Below are positions 36,055 to 52,271 of a stretch of DNA of 64,000 nt, one piece after another. Below the pieces are notes generated by a model that was given only the letters and a program-made list of their open reading frames with translations, had not been told where the DNA came from and ran no database searches. The stretch spans positions 248,001-312,000 of the forward strand of contig JABVCE010000027.1 of the NCBI GenBank assembly GCA_014905635.1, written 5' to 3'. Every line of letters begins with the position of its first letter. Position 1 is the stretch's first letter. A program made the translations under genes and the position numbers. The DNA comes from Scenedesmus sp. PABB004 (lineage: Eukaryota).

Positions 36055-37356
36055 TGCTGCTGCTGCTGCTGCTGCTGCTCAGACCGCTCCTGCTCGGATC
36101 GCCGCCGCCGCCGCCGGCGGGGCTGCCTGCTGCAGCCCCCGCTCCGCCGGCGCCCCAGCTGGCGCTGCTGCTGCTCGACCGGCCGCTGGCGCGGCCGCCG
36201 TCCTCGCCCTCGTCCTCCTCGCCCTCCTCGCCCTCCTCGCCCTCTGCCAGCTCGTCATCGCCCAGCACGCCGCCCAGCACGCCGCCGCCCGGCAGCAGCC
36301 CGCCGCCGGCCGGGCTGCCGAGCGCGACCTCGCACGCGGGCAGGCCGCAGTGGCCCAGCAGCGCGTTCACGAGCGTGCCCGTCGCGTGGCCGGGGGAGAG
36401 GTGCACCACCATGCCCGCCGCCTGCGCGCCCAGGGTCGGCAGCGCGGCGGCGCGGCGGCGGCGGTGGGAGGCTCATCGGTGGCGCGGCGCGCGTGCACGA
36501 GCACGCCGCGGAGCGCGCGCGTCAGAGCAGCCCCAGTTTGAATGCTGGCGGCTGCAACAAATGACAGTCATTGACTGTCATTTTTGGTTCACCTTGTTCA
36601 CCACGATGACCTCATCGTCCTCATAGACCACGTCCAGCGGTATGGCCTCGGGGATGGCCTGCGCGCGGCGGCAGCGCGACCTCGTCGGCGCGCGCGGCGG
36701 CGCGCGCCGCGCTGGCCGCGCGGCGGCGAGCGCGGCGTGGCGGCGCGGCCGCTGCTCGGCGCCGTGCGTCGCGCGACCGGCCGCCGCCGGCAGCGGCTGC
36801 GGCGCGCGCGCGCGCGCGCGCACCGTGCACGGCTCCGGCGGCAGCAGCGCGACCGCGACGCGCTCGCCGCCGCGCATCGCGTGCGCGGGCTTGGTCACGG
36901 GCGCGCCGTTGACCGACACCAGGCCCGCCCGGATGCTGGCCGCGATCTTGGCCCGGCTTGCGGCCGGCAGCTGGGCGGCCAGGAAGGCATCGAGCCGCAG
37001 CTTGCCCTGCGCGGCGGGCGCGCGGCGCTCGGCGCTGGGCGGCAACGCGGCGGCGTGGCCGCGCCGCGACGGGGCATGCTGCCGCTGCTGCCCCGCACCT
37101 TGGCGCCGGCCGCGTCCTGCAGCGCCACGTGGAACGTGCCCGCCGGCTGCGGCTCGAGCCCCGCCGCCAGCTGCGCGGCCGACAGGCCCGTCCCCGCGCC
37201 CGCCGCGCTGGCGCGGGCGCCGCAGCGCTGCGCCGCCGCGCCCGGCGCGCCCGGCTGAGCTGCCGCCGCCGCCGGCCACGGCAGCCAGCAGCGCCGCAGC
37301 GCCGCCGGGCGGCGCGCCGCCAGCAGGCAGGCGCCGCGCGCCGCCGCGCGCAGCAT
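35119..37356 (-). CDS. rluD: RluD/RluA-family RNA pseudouridine synthase with S4 domain, organellar
   Basis: S4 RLDAFLAAQLPAASRAKI; LDVVYEDDEVIVVNK|AAGMVVH; catalytic RPGIVHRLDRGTSGLMVVAK; LETGRTHQIR|VH; RPALHARTLSFTHP. Confidence 0.92.
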
Positions 37357-37803
37357 GCGGCCGGCCGGCCGGCAGCAGCGGCGTGCCGGCCGGCAGCGGC
37401 GGCGCGTGGGGGGAGCGCACGCGGCGGCGGCAGATTCGTGCAGCAGTGGCGTGGTGGTCGCGCGGCGGTGAGCCTGGCGGGAGAGTGTGGCGACCGACGG
37501 CCGGCGGCGCCGGAGGTTGAGGTCCACGGCTGCGGCGGCTCGGCGCGTAACTAACAACCGCGTCTCCAGGCCCCCACGGCCCGCCTGCAGATGCAGTGGC
37601 AATACCTGAACACGCCGGGCATCCATCCACCACGCGTGCACGCAGGACCGCATTGAGCGCCGCTGCTGCCGCCGCCAGCGCGCCGTCGGGCCGCGACAGA
37701 GCCCCCAGGGCCGGCGAGACGGCGGGCCGATCTCCGCCGCCCGCCTGAGCACGCCACGGGCATCAGCCATGGGCGGGCGTGCGCGCAGCGGCTCCCCGGC
37801 GGC

Positions 37804-42274
<4,471 letters not shown>

Positions 42275-42298
42275 TGAGGCAGCCGGGCAGCAGTCGAC

Positions 42299-45200
42299 AT
42301 GCGGGCCGTCGACGCGCTCCGCGGCGCGGGCGCGGACGTGGTCAGCAAGCGCGCCGGCGCCGGCGCCAAGGACGCGGCGGGCGCGCTCTGGGCGCCAGCG
42401 CCCGCCGGCGATGCGAGCCAGCACGACCAGCGCGCTGCGGGCGGCGGCGCGCTGCCGGGCGACCCGCTGCTGATCGTGGCGCAGCAGGTGGGGCGGGCGC
42501 CAGGCTCGCGCGCGCCCGCCAGGCTCGCGCGCCCGCCGGCCCCGGCCGGCGCCCTAGGGCCCCTGGATCGCGCGGGCAGGGGCGGGAGGGTTGGCGCGAC
42601 CGCGCTCGCGCCCTGGCCGGCGTACTGGCGCCTCGCGCGCCACCTGGGCGGCGGGGCGGGGCGGCGATGCCGGGCGCGCGCTGGAGCAACAATGCGGGCC
42701 GCCCGGCGCCCGCCCTGCCGGGGCGGCGCGGCCACCGCCTCACCGCGCCGCCGCCGACGCGCCGGTCGGCCCGCAGGCCGTCGCCGCGCGCTGGCTGGGC
42801 CTGGACGACCTGCTCGCAGCTCGCTGCGTCTGCCGGGAGTGGCGCGCGCGCCTGGGCACGGCCTTCTGCGCCACGCTGCGCCTGCCGCACAGCCTGTGGC
42901 ACGAGGCGGGCGGCAGTGGCCGCCTCGCGGCGGCCGTGCGCGGCGCGGCGGCCGCGTACGCGGGCGCGCCGGCGCTGCTGCTCGACGCGGCGCCCGGCGC
43001 CGCGCGGCCGGGGCTGCCGCCGGGCCTGTGGGCGCCGCTGGCGGACGCGCTCAACCCCTGGCTCGCCCACGACGGCGGCACGCCACGCTGCGTGCACCTG
43101 CGGCTGCACGCGCCGCCGTCGCCGGCGCGGCTCGAGGCGCTCTGCCAGCTCGGCGCGCTGCGCGCGCTGCAGCTGTCGCACACGAGCCAGTCGCTGTACA
43201 GCCGCCACCTGGCCGCGCTGGCGGGGCTCACGCAGCTGCAGGCGCTCGCGCTCGCGCTGCACCACCCCCGCCTCGACCTGCGGGGCCTCGCGCACCAGCG
43301 CACGCGGCGCGTGCCGCTGCGCGGCGACTGCCTCAGCGCGCTGGTGGGGCTCACGCGCCTGGAGATGGTCAGCCGGGGGCCCACAGGTGTGTGCGTGCGT
43401 GCGCGCGCACGCACAGCGGCGCGCGGCTGCCGCAGCCTGGCAGCCGGCCACAGCCCGCGTTCCGCGTGGCGACGCGCGGCGTTGCCCAGCCCGCCCTGCC
43501 GCCGCCGCCCGCCTGCCCCTGGCCGCCCGCCCCGCAGGCGAGCTGCTGCCCGACTCGATCGCCGCGTTCAGCGCGCCCGCGTGCCTGGCGGCGCTGTCGG
43601 GGCTGCGCGTGCTGGCCATAAGCGAGGCTGCGCTGCCGGGGCCGCAGCCCGCCACGGCCTGGCTCGCGCCGCTGGCACGCCTGCAGCACCTCCAGCTGGT
43701 GCAGGCGGACGATGCCAGCAAGGCGCGTGGCGCGCGGGGGCGGGCGAGCGGCGCGGCGGGGAGCGGCGCCGGCGCGGGCGGCGGCCTCGCGGGCGGCCTG
43801 TTTGGCGCCGGCGGCGGCTTCGGCGCGCTCGCGGCGGCCGCCGCCGCGGCGGGGCGCGGCGCGACGGGCGAGCAGCTGCTGGCGCAGCAGCAGCAGCTGC
43901 AGGCGCTCCTCCCAGGGCTGCAGGTCACCGCCGGCGCGCCGCGCGCGGGCGGCGCCGGCGGTGCTGCCGCGCCGGCTGCGCCCGCGGCCGGCCACGGCTC
44001 GGCGGCACAGCACGCGGCGCACCACCACGGCGGCGGCGGCGGCGGTGCGCCGCCGCTGCCGCAACCGGGCGGCGCCGGCGGCGCCGCCGCGCCGCCGCCG
44101 GGCAGCAGTGGCAGCGCGAGCGAGTGCGAGGCGGGCGCGGAGCCGCCGCCGCTGCCGGCGCTCGACCTCGCGGCCTGCCTGCCGGGCCTGTCGTCGCTGC
44201 ACGTCGCCAACCTCGCGGGCGAGCGGCTGGTCAATCTCCGCGTGCCGTGCGGGCTCACGCGGCTCGCGCTGCACCTCTCAAACCCCTGCCCCGGCGCGGT
44301 CACGGGCGAGCAGCTCGCCGCGGTCGTGCTGCAGGCGGCGCCGCGGCTCGCGTCGCTCGAGCTCGGGCTGGGCCTGCGCTTCAGCCTCAGCGGCGGCGTC
44401 ATGCGCGGGCTGAAGCGCGGCCTCAAGGCACTGCGCCACCTCACGCTGATCGAGGGCACGCAGGACCACCTCGAGGGGCTCGGCTGCTGGTGCAACCTGC
44501 GCCGCCTGGAGCTCATCGAGGGCCGCTGCTCCGTGCCGCTGCGCGGGCTGTACGAGCTCAGCATGCGCGCCGCGATGGGCCGCACGCCCGGGAGCCTGCG
44601 CTACGTGGGGCACGTGCGCCACCTCGAGGAGCTCGCGGGCCGCCTCGGCGGCGCGCTGCACGAGCTGCGGCTCGACAGCCTCGCCGGCCTCGGCGCACCG
44701 AGCCGCGCCGGCGGCGTGCTCTCCGTCGGCGTCGGCGCCGCCGGCGCCGGCGCCGGCGCGGCCGACGAGCAGCCGGCGAGCCCGTCCTCCGGCAGCGACG
44801 GCGGCAGCGACGGCGGCAGCGACGGCGGCGACGAGCCGCCGCCGCCCGCGCCGCTCGCGCAGCTGAGCGCGCTCACGCGGCTCGAGCTGGTCGGCGAGCG
44901 CCTGGGGCAGCTCGAGCCGTGCGCCGCAGCGGTGCTGGGCGGGCTGCGCCAGCTGGTCGAGCTGGAGATCTCCAGCCCCGAGCCCTGGCTCGCGCCGGAG
45001 CTGGGCGTCAAAGAGCAGCTCGCCTGGCTGCGCGGCCTGCCGCAGCTGCGCACGCTCCGCCTCGGCGGCGTCCTGGCGGGGCGCAGCCGGCTCGCGCCGC
45101 CCGGCGGCGGCGACGCGCGCGCGGTGGGCGTGCCGGGCGCCGCCGCCGCGGGCAAGGGCGGCGGCGGCGGCGGCGGCGGCGCGCCCCCCGTGCCGGCGGT

Positions 45201-45408
45201 GAAGGGCCTCGGCAACGGCCTCGCCTGCAGCGGGGCCAAGGCCGCGGCGGTCGCGGCGGCGGCGGCGGCGCTGCAGCCGGCCGCGGTCGTGGGCGCGGCC
45301 GACCCCGCCGCCGCGGCGGCGCGCGACCTCGCCGCGTCGGCCGCGCTCGAGGAGCTGCGGCGCTGGCTGTGCCAGATGCTGCCCGTGTGCCGCGTGTGGC
45401 TGGACTGA
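42299..45408 (+). CDS. F-box-like / leucine-rich repeat protein
   Basis: LPGDPLLIVAQQ|AVAARWLGLDDLLAARCVCREWR (F-box-like), followed by many LxxLxxLxL repeats; introns 42488-42776 and ~43387-43537. Confidence 0.7.
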
Positions 45409-45709
45409 GCGGCGGCCGCTCGTCTTCTTTCGGACCGATAGCGTGCGTTGCGAGGGGCCGCGCCGCCGCGCAGCGGGCGGCCGGTTGGCTGCTGCGGGCC
45501 CTGAGGCAGCAGCGGCCGCGTGCGAGACCCGCCGGTAAAACGCCGTCGCTAGCGCTGCAGCCAGGGTGGCAGCCCGGCGGCACTGCCGCACCCGCGGCTA
45601 TCCCTTCGCTTGCAGACCGTGGCGGCAGCAGCAGGGGCGAGCGGCCAACAGCACGCGCGCCCAGCAGCGGCGGCGGGAGTCCGCGACCGCTGCGCGCCGC
45701 ACGCCCGGC

Positions 45710-47218
45710 ATGGCCAGCTCCGCCGTCGTGCACACGCATGCGGGCATGATGAGGGGTCCGCACGGGGGGCCAGCGGGAGGGGCCACGCGACGCTGGCGCG
45801 GCGCGGCGCTGGCCGCCGCTGTCGCTGTCTGCGTCGCCGTGGCAGCGGAGCTCTCACGGCCCGACCTGCTGCTGGTGGGACCGATCACGGTCGACCTCGC
45901 CGACGGCGGCACGTCTCCGGGTGGCGCAACTTCGTATGCGGCTGCCCTGGGCGCCGCGCTCGGCGCCCGCGCGTGCGTGGTGACCGTGGCGGGGCCCGAC
46001 GCCGACCTGTCCGTATTTGGCCGCGCCGGCGTCGTTGTTGTGCCGGCGGCGCAGACACTGACTTTTCAGCACTCTTCGACCTGGTTTGGGCACGCACGCA
46101 AGCTTCGCGTTACAGCCAACCCCAACATCACCCTCACCGCGGCCCACGTGCCGCTTCGCTGCCGCGCTGCGCGCGTCGTGCTCCTCGGACCGCTCACGGC
46201 CCACGACGTCGACGCGCGCTCGTTCGCACGCCCGCCAGGTGTGCAGACGCGGTGGCCGCAGCCCCGGCCTGGCTGCTCGGCAGGCGGCCCTGGCGCGGCC
46301 CCTGACTCCGGCCGCGCCCGCGGACCGCCGCCGCCGCAGGGCTCTGGGGCGCCCTGCTCGCCCGCGGGCAGCTGGTCGGCCTCATGGGGCAGGGCCTCCA
46401 GCGAGACCTCGCCCCGGACGGCAAGGTGCTGCCGCGGCCGGCGCCAAACCCGCAGCTCCTGGTGCGCGCGCACCGCGCCGCGCCGCGGGGCGCCGCGCCG
46501 CCGGGGGCGCCGCCGCCGACGGCGCGCTCGCCGCGCCGCGCGCTCGCGCGCAGGAGGGCCTGGGGCCGCGCGTGTCGCTCTTCCTGTCTGACATAGAGAC
46601 CGCGACATGGTCGGCCGAGCAGCTCGCGGCGGTCGCGGCGGCGGCCGCGCGCGTGGTCGTGACGGAGGGCGAGCGCGGCGCGGTGCTGCTGGCGCGGGAC
46701 GGCTCGTCCTCGCGCATCCCTGCCGTGCAGGTGCGCCGGCGGCCGCACCGGGCGGCGCGCGGCGGCGGCGGCGGCGGCGGCCCCGCGCGGGCGGCGGCGC
46801 GCCGCGCTGGGCCCACGCCGCCGCGCCGCGCGCTGCGCAGCTCGACCGCGCCGTGGACACCAACGGCGCGGGCGACACGTTTGCGACTGCGTACATGCTG
46901 GCGCTGCTGCGGCGGGACGCGGACCCCGGCGCGACCGCGAGCTGGGCGGCGAGCCGCGCGGTGCTGCAGCCGCAGGCCTGCAAGCCCGCGTGCGCGGCGG
47001 CGCGCGTCGCCGCGCCGGCGCCCGGCGGGCTGCCGCGCCTCGGCGACGCGGAGCGCCTCGCGCTCGCGGCGCGCGCGCTCGCCGACGCGCTGGCGGCGGG
47101 GCCGCGCGCGGCGCTGCGCGGCTCGGGCTGGGCGCGCGCGGCGGCGGGGCTGCTCGACGCGCTCGCGGGGCGCGCGCGCAGCGGCGACGCGGGGCGCGGC
47201 GCGGGTGCAGAGCTGTGA
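45710..47218 (+). CDS. PfkB/ribokinase family carbohydrate kinase with hydrophobic N-terminal segment
   Basis: LLVGPITVD, PGGATSYAA, VVVTEGERGAVL, DTNGAGDTFATAY signature; three introns; start tentative. Confidence 0.85.
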
Positions 47219-47806
47219 GTGACGTGGGTGCTCTCCCCCCTCCCCAGCGGCCAGGTATTGCACCACCATCTCTGTATCTTGGAGAGGGCAGCAGCAGAGT
47301 CACTCTGCAGGAGAGTGACTGTGCCAGAGTCGGCCGGGGTGCCAACCCTGATGGGCCGCTTTGACGCGCGCGCCGCGGCGCATTGCCGGCGGCGCCGGCG
47401 ACAGCGCAGCAGCACCGTCTGTGTGCTCGAAATTCGAGCTGTGTGCGTCTTCCCTGTTCCCACCCTCTCGTCTCTCCGTCGAGGGTAATTGATAGCGGCG
47501 CGCGCGGTCTGCGGCGCCCGAGCGCAGCGCCGCACGGCCTGCGGCGGCGGCGCCCGGCGCAGCGGGCTGCGCCGGCCGGACCCCCACCGGCCTGCCGTGC
47601 TCACGCGGCGGGGCGCACGGGCATGCGCCGCCGCCGCCGCCGTCGCGGCTCGCCGCGCCTTGTGCCCTGCTGCCGTCGCCCGCCCGCCCGCGCTGCCCGG
47701 GCCCGTCCAGCCGCGCCCACACTCGCCGCGCCGTTCATCGCGACGCCCGCGCCGCAGCCGCGCGCGCGACCGCAGTCGCAGCAGCAGCAGGCCGCCGCAA
47801 GGCGCC

Positions 47807-48997
47807 ATGCTCAACGCGCTGGCCCCCGGCCGGGCCGGCCTCGCCGCCGGTGTCGCGGCGCCGGCCCGCGCAGGTGGGCGCGCGGGCCGCGAATGCGCGC
47901 GCCGGCGGCCTGGCATCGGGCCGCCCGCCCACGCGCGCGCCGGCGCACCCGCAGGCCGCGCGACGGTGGTGCTGGTGCAGGCGAAGCAGGTGGACCGCAA
48001 GCAGCGCACGCAGAAGCGTCACCTGCGCCTGCGGCGGAAGGTGCGGCCGGGGCCCCCACCACACGGCATCGCCGGCCGCCAGCGCGCCGCGGCGCCCCGG
48101 ATTGGGCGTCGCCGATGGCGCACGAGCCCCAGCGCGACCCCAGGCCGCTCCCGGCACAGGCCGCGGGCGCGCCGGCGCGGCGCGGCGGGCGCGGCGGCAG
48201 CACCGCCGCCGCTGCTCACGCGCCACTCGCGCCGCCGCGCCCCGCAGCTCGCCGGCACCCCCGAGCGGCCTCGCCTGGCGGTGTTCCGGTCCAACCAGCA
48301 CATCTACGCGCAGGTGCGGGCGGGCGCAGCAGCGCCGGGGGCGGCGGCGGCGGGCCGGGAGCACAGCCGCGCCTGGCAGGCAGCTGGCGCGGTCGCCGCT
48401 GCTGCTCAGGCAGCAGCGCCGCGGCTGGCGCACGGGGCATGCTCGCTCACCGCATCGCCCCGCTCGTGGCGCGCCGCGCGGGGCGCAGGTGATTGACGAC
48501 GAGGCCGGCGCGACGCTGGTCGCGGCCTCGACGCTGACCGCCGACGTCAAGGGCGCGGTGGAGAGCGGCGCCAACATCGTGAGCCGCGCGCGGCTGGCGC
48601 ACACAACGGCGGCGGCGGCTGGCAGTCCGGCGGTCTGGCGGCCGGCAGCGCAGCGGACGGCAGCCCTCACACGGCCGTCCCGCTCACGCGGCCGCGCCCG
48701 TCCGCGCGCCCCCCGCGCAGGCCGCCGCCGAGGCTGTGGGCAAGAAGGTCGCGGAGCTGTGCGCTGCCAAGCAGATCTCCAAGGTCTGCTTTGACCGCGG
48801 CGGCTTCACGTACCACGGCCGCGTGCAGGTGCGCCGCGGCAGCGCGGCGCCGGGCGCCAGGCGTGGACGGAAGGGCCCCGCGCGCTATGCTGGCCGGGAC
48901 GGCCCGCACGCCACGCGCTCACTGCCGCCGTCGCCCCTCCGCCGCGCCGCCGCAGGCGCTGGCCGACGCCGCGCGCGAGGCGGGCCTGCAGTTCTGA
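47807..48997 (+). CDS. PRPL18: 50S ribosomal protein L18, chloroplastic
   Basis: [62 protein letters not shown]; transit peptide. Confidence 0.95.
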
Positions 48998-49229
48998 GGC
49001 GGGCGCTGCGCGAGCACTTGCGGGGCGGCGGGGCGGGGCGGGCGGGCGTGCGCAGCGGCGCACTGCAGCGTGTGTTCGGTGGGGCGCGGAGGGCGGCCTC
49101 GCGGCCGACTGACCGGTGGTGACAGACTCTGACGCCTGGGGACAGACGGGCCGGCGCGGCTCGTCGGTTGCACAGGCGCCGCGCCGCCTGCCGCCGCCGC
49201 GCCGCCGCCCCCGCTCGCGCGCGGAGCGC

Positions 49230-49820
49230 CTAGCCAGCATCCGAGCCGGCGTCGCCCTCGGCCGCGCCGACCAGTGCGAGGACGTCGGCGTGCGCCCGCA
49301 GCCGCTGCGCCGCGTTGGCCGCCGCGACCGCGCAGGCGAGCGCCGAGCGGAACTCCGCCTGCGCCTGCCGCACCGGCGCCGGCGGCAGCGCGCAGAACCA
49401 GGTCACCGGGTCGGGCTGCGCCGGCGGCTTTTGTGCCTGCTGCGACTGCTGCTGCGGCTCCTGCTGCTGCTGCGGCTCCTCCTGCTGCTGCGGCGCTTTC
49501 CGCTGCCGCAGCTGCGACTCCTCCTGCTGCGGCTCCTCCTGCTCCTGCTCCTGCAGCTGTGACAGCTCAAAGCCGTCGTAGAGGCCGTCCGGGTCGTCCG
49601 GCGGCAGCAGGCGCAGCGTGGCCGACGCCGCCGCGGCGCCAGGGTAGCGCTGCTGCCCGAGCGAGGCGCCCAGCGCGTACTTGCTGCGCGCCAGCGCGAG
49701 GTGCCCCGCCTTGAGAGAGGCGGCCAGGTCCTCCTGGGCGACCAGGAAGTCGTCGAGCGCCTGCAGGGCGGCAAAGAAGGCCGCCTCGCTGCGCGGCGCG
49801 GGCGCTGCCGGCGGCGGCAT
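49230..49820 (-). CDS. VMA22: Vacuolar ATPase assembly protein VMA22/CCDC115 (intronless)
   Basis: LKAGHLALARSKYALG and DPVTWFCALPPAPVRQAQAEF match the two conserved CCDC115 blocks. Confidence 0.8.
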   Translation of the reverse strand: MPPPAAPAPRSEAAFFAALQALDDFLVAQEDLAASLKAGHLALARSKYALGASLGQQRYPGAAAASATLRLLPPDDPDGLYDGFELSQLQEQEQEEPQQEESQLRQRKAPQQQEEPQQQQEPQQQSQQAQKPPAQPDPVTWFCALPPAPVRQAQAEFRSALACAVAAANAAQRLRAHADVLALVGAAEGDAGSDAG

Positions 49821-50176
49821 GCCGGATGCCAGCAGCGGGCTGCTGGGGCGTCTCGGCGAGCGGGGAAACGTGTGGCAGGACGGGCGGGCCCGCTGCGGCC
49901 CCTCGCGCCGCCGTGGCGGAAGGCCGACGGGCGACCGAGCGCGGTTTTTCTCCGCTGCCGCGGCGGCACCTGTTCAATGCTGGCATCGCTCACAGGCCCC
50001 CAGCGATCTGGTCTGCCGCACGCACCGCCGCACGCTGATCGCCGCACCGCACGCGCCGCTGCTGTCGCCACTGCAGCCGTTCGCGCGCCGGCCGCGCCTC
50101 GCAGGCCTCCGCGCCGCCGCCACCAGTGCTCCTGCTGCCGCCGCCGCCGCCGCCGCCGGCGGCGCGGCCGGGCGGC

Positions 50177-50774
50177 ATGGCGCCGCGGCGGCGCGCGCCG
50201 CCGCCGCGCGGCCAGCAGCAGCCGGTCGCCTGGCTGCCCGCCAGCGTGACGCTCGCGGCGCTCACGGCAGCGCTGGGCGTCACGCTGTTTGTCGGCGCGC
50301 ACGTGCCGGAGCCGTACATGGTGCGCGGCGGCGCGGCGCGGCGCGGCGCGGCGGGCCGGCCGCCCCGACCGCAGCGGCCGCTGCGCCAACCGCCAACCGC
50401 CGCGCGGCGCTTGCTTGCAGGACGAGCCCTTCCACGTGCCCATGGCGCAGCGCTACTGTGCGGGCCGCCTCCGCGAGTGGGACCCCAAGGTCACCACCTT
50501 CCCCGGGCTGTACGTGCTGGGCGCGGCGTACGCGTGGGCGTCGGCCGCCGCGCTCGGCTGGGCGACGGGCGCGGGCCTGGTGAGGTCGCGCGAGCGCGCA
50601 GCGGCAGCGGCGGCCCGCGCCGCAGCGCGCCGCAGCTGCGCTGACCGCGCCCCGCGCCGGCGCGTGCGGCGCCGCAGGAGCTCACGTGCTCGGGCCCCTT
50701 CCTGCGCAGCCTCAACGCGCTGCTCTGGGTGGCCACGCTGCAGCTGGCCTACGCGACGAGCCGCGAGCTGCAGC

Positions 50775-50805
<31 letters not shown>

Positions 50806-51997
50806 GGGCGCCGGGCGCGCGCGCGCGCCGCCCGAGGCCGCGCAGGCCGCGCGCGCGGCGGGCGTCGCGGCGGTCGTGGCGCTGCTGCCCAGCCACGCCT
50901 TCTTCGCGTTCCTCTTCTACACCGACGTCCCCTCCCTCCTCTTTGTCCTGTTGACGGCGCTGCTGCTCGCGCGCCGCGCGCCCTGGGCGGCCGCGGGCGC
51001 GGGCGCCGCGGCGGTCGCGATGCGGCAGACCAACGCGGTGTGGGTCGCGTTCCTCGCCGGCGCCGCGGCGCTGCGCGACGTGCTGCCCGCCGCGCGGCGG
51101 CGCGGCGGCGGGGGCGCGCCGCCGTGCGGCGCCGCGCGCGAGCTCGCCGCGCTCGTCGCCGCGGCGTGGGCGGCGCGCGCGCGCCTCGGCGCCGACTATG
51201 CGCCGCTGCTCGCGCTGTGCGCCGCGTTTGGGGCCTTTGTGGTGGTCAACCGCGGCGTCACGGTCGGCGACCGCGACGCGCACGCGCCGGTGCTGCACCT
51301 GATGCAGCCCCTCTACTGCGCCCTGTTCACCGCGGCCGCCGCGGCGCCGCTGCTGCCGGCCGCCGCGCTCGCGCGCGCCGGCGCGGCGGCGGCCGCGGCG
51401 TCGCCCGCGCGCGCCGCCGCCGCGGCGGCCGCGACCGTCGCGCTCACCGCGGGCGTCGCGGCGCGGTACAGCCTGGCGCACCCCTACCTGCTGGCTGACA
51501 ACCGGCACTATACATTTTACCTCTGGCGCCGCCTGCTCGACCGCGGGCCGGCCGCGCGCCTCGCGCTCGCGCCGGCGTACGCCGCGGCCGCGGCCGCGCT
51601 CGGCGCGGGCCTCGCGGCGGCGCAGCACTGGCTCTGGGTCGCCGGCTTTGCTGCCGCGACGGTCGCCACGCTCGCGCCGGCGTGGCTGCTCGAGCTCAGG
51701 CGCGGCGCCGGGGCGCGGGGGCGCGCCCCGCCGGCCGCCTCGGCGCGCCGCGCGCCGCGACTGACGCCGCGCCGTCCGTCACCGCGTCCGCCGCCGCCGC
51801 ACTGCTGCTCCGCCTCAACTCCCAGGTACTTCACGGCGCCCTTTGCGCTCGCGGTGCTGCACCTGCCGCCGCCGCCGCCGCGCGCGGCCGCGGCCGTGGC
51901 GGCCGCCTTCCTGGCGGTCAACGCCGCCACGCTGTGGGTCTTTGCGCGCCGCCCGTTCACGTGGGGCGACGGCAGCGTCGCGCGGTTCATGTGGTGA
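50177..51997 (+). CDS. ALG10: Dolichyl-P-Glc alpha-1,2-glucosyltransferase (ALG10/DIE2)
   Basis: VPEPYM|DEPFHVPMAQRYC, WDPKVTTFPGLY, FLFYTDVPS, RQTNAVW, HPYLLADNRHYTFYLWRR, LLELR|YF, C-terminal RFMW. Confidence 0.95.
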
Positions 51998-52271
51998 ACG
52001 CGCGCTGCTGCGCCACAGCGCAGGCGCGCGGCAGCTGCGCGGGCAGGGCGTCGCGACGGCTGGTAACGGCGGGCGCCTGGCTTTGGCGCGCCCCGCGCGC
52101 CGCGGTCAGACAGAGGGCACCGCTGCCACGCCGCCGCTCCAGGCACGCGCACCCGGCCCGCACCCGCAGCCCCCGGCAACCGCCGCAGCGCCGCCGGCAG
52201 CGGCAGCAGCGGCGCCCGCCCCGCACCCGCGGCGCCGCGCGGCGGCGCCGCCCGCGGCCTGCGCCCGCAGC

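Noticed and set aside
35995..36330. Long Gly/Ser/acidic insertion in the RluD catalytic domain (and similar ones in GyrB, RbgA and PPR)
   Set aside because: Low-complexity loop expansions are routine in GC-rich chlorophyte proteins; no intein motifs
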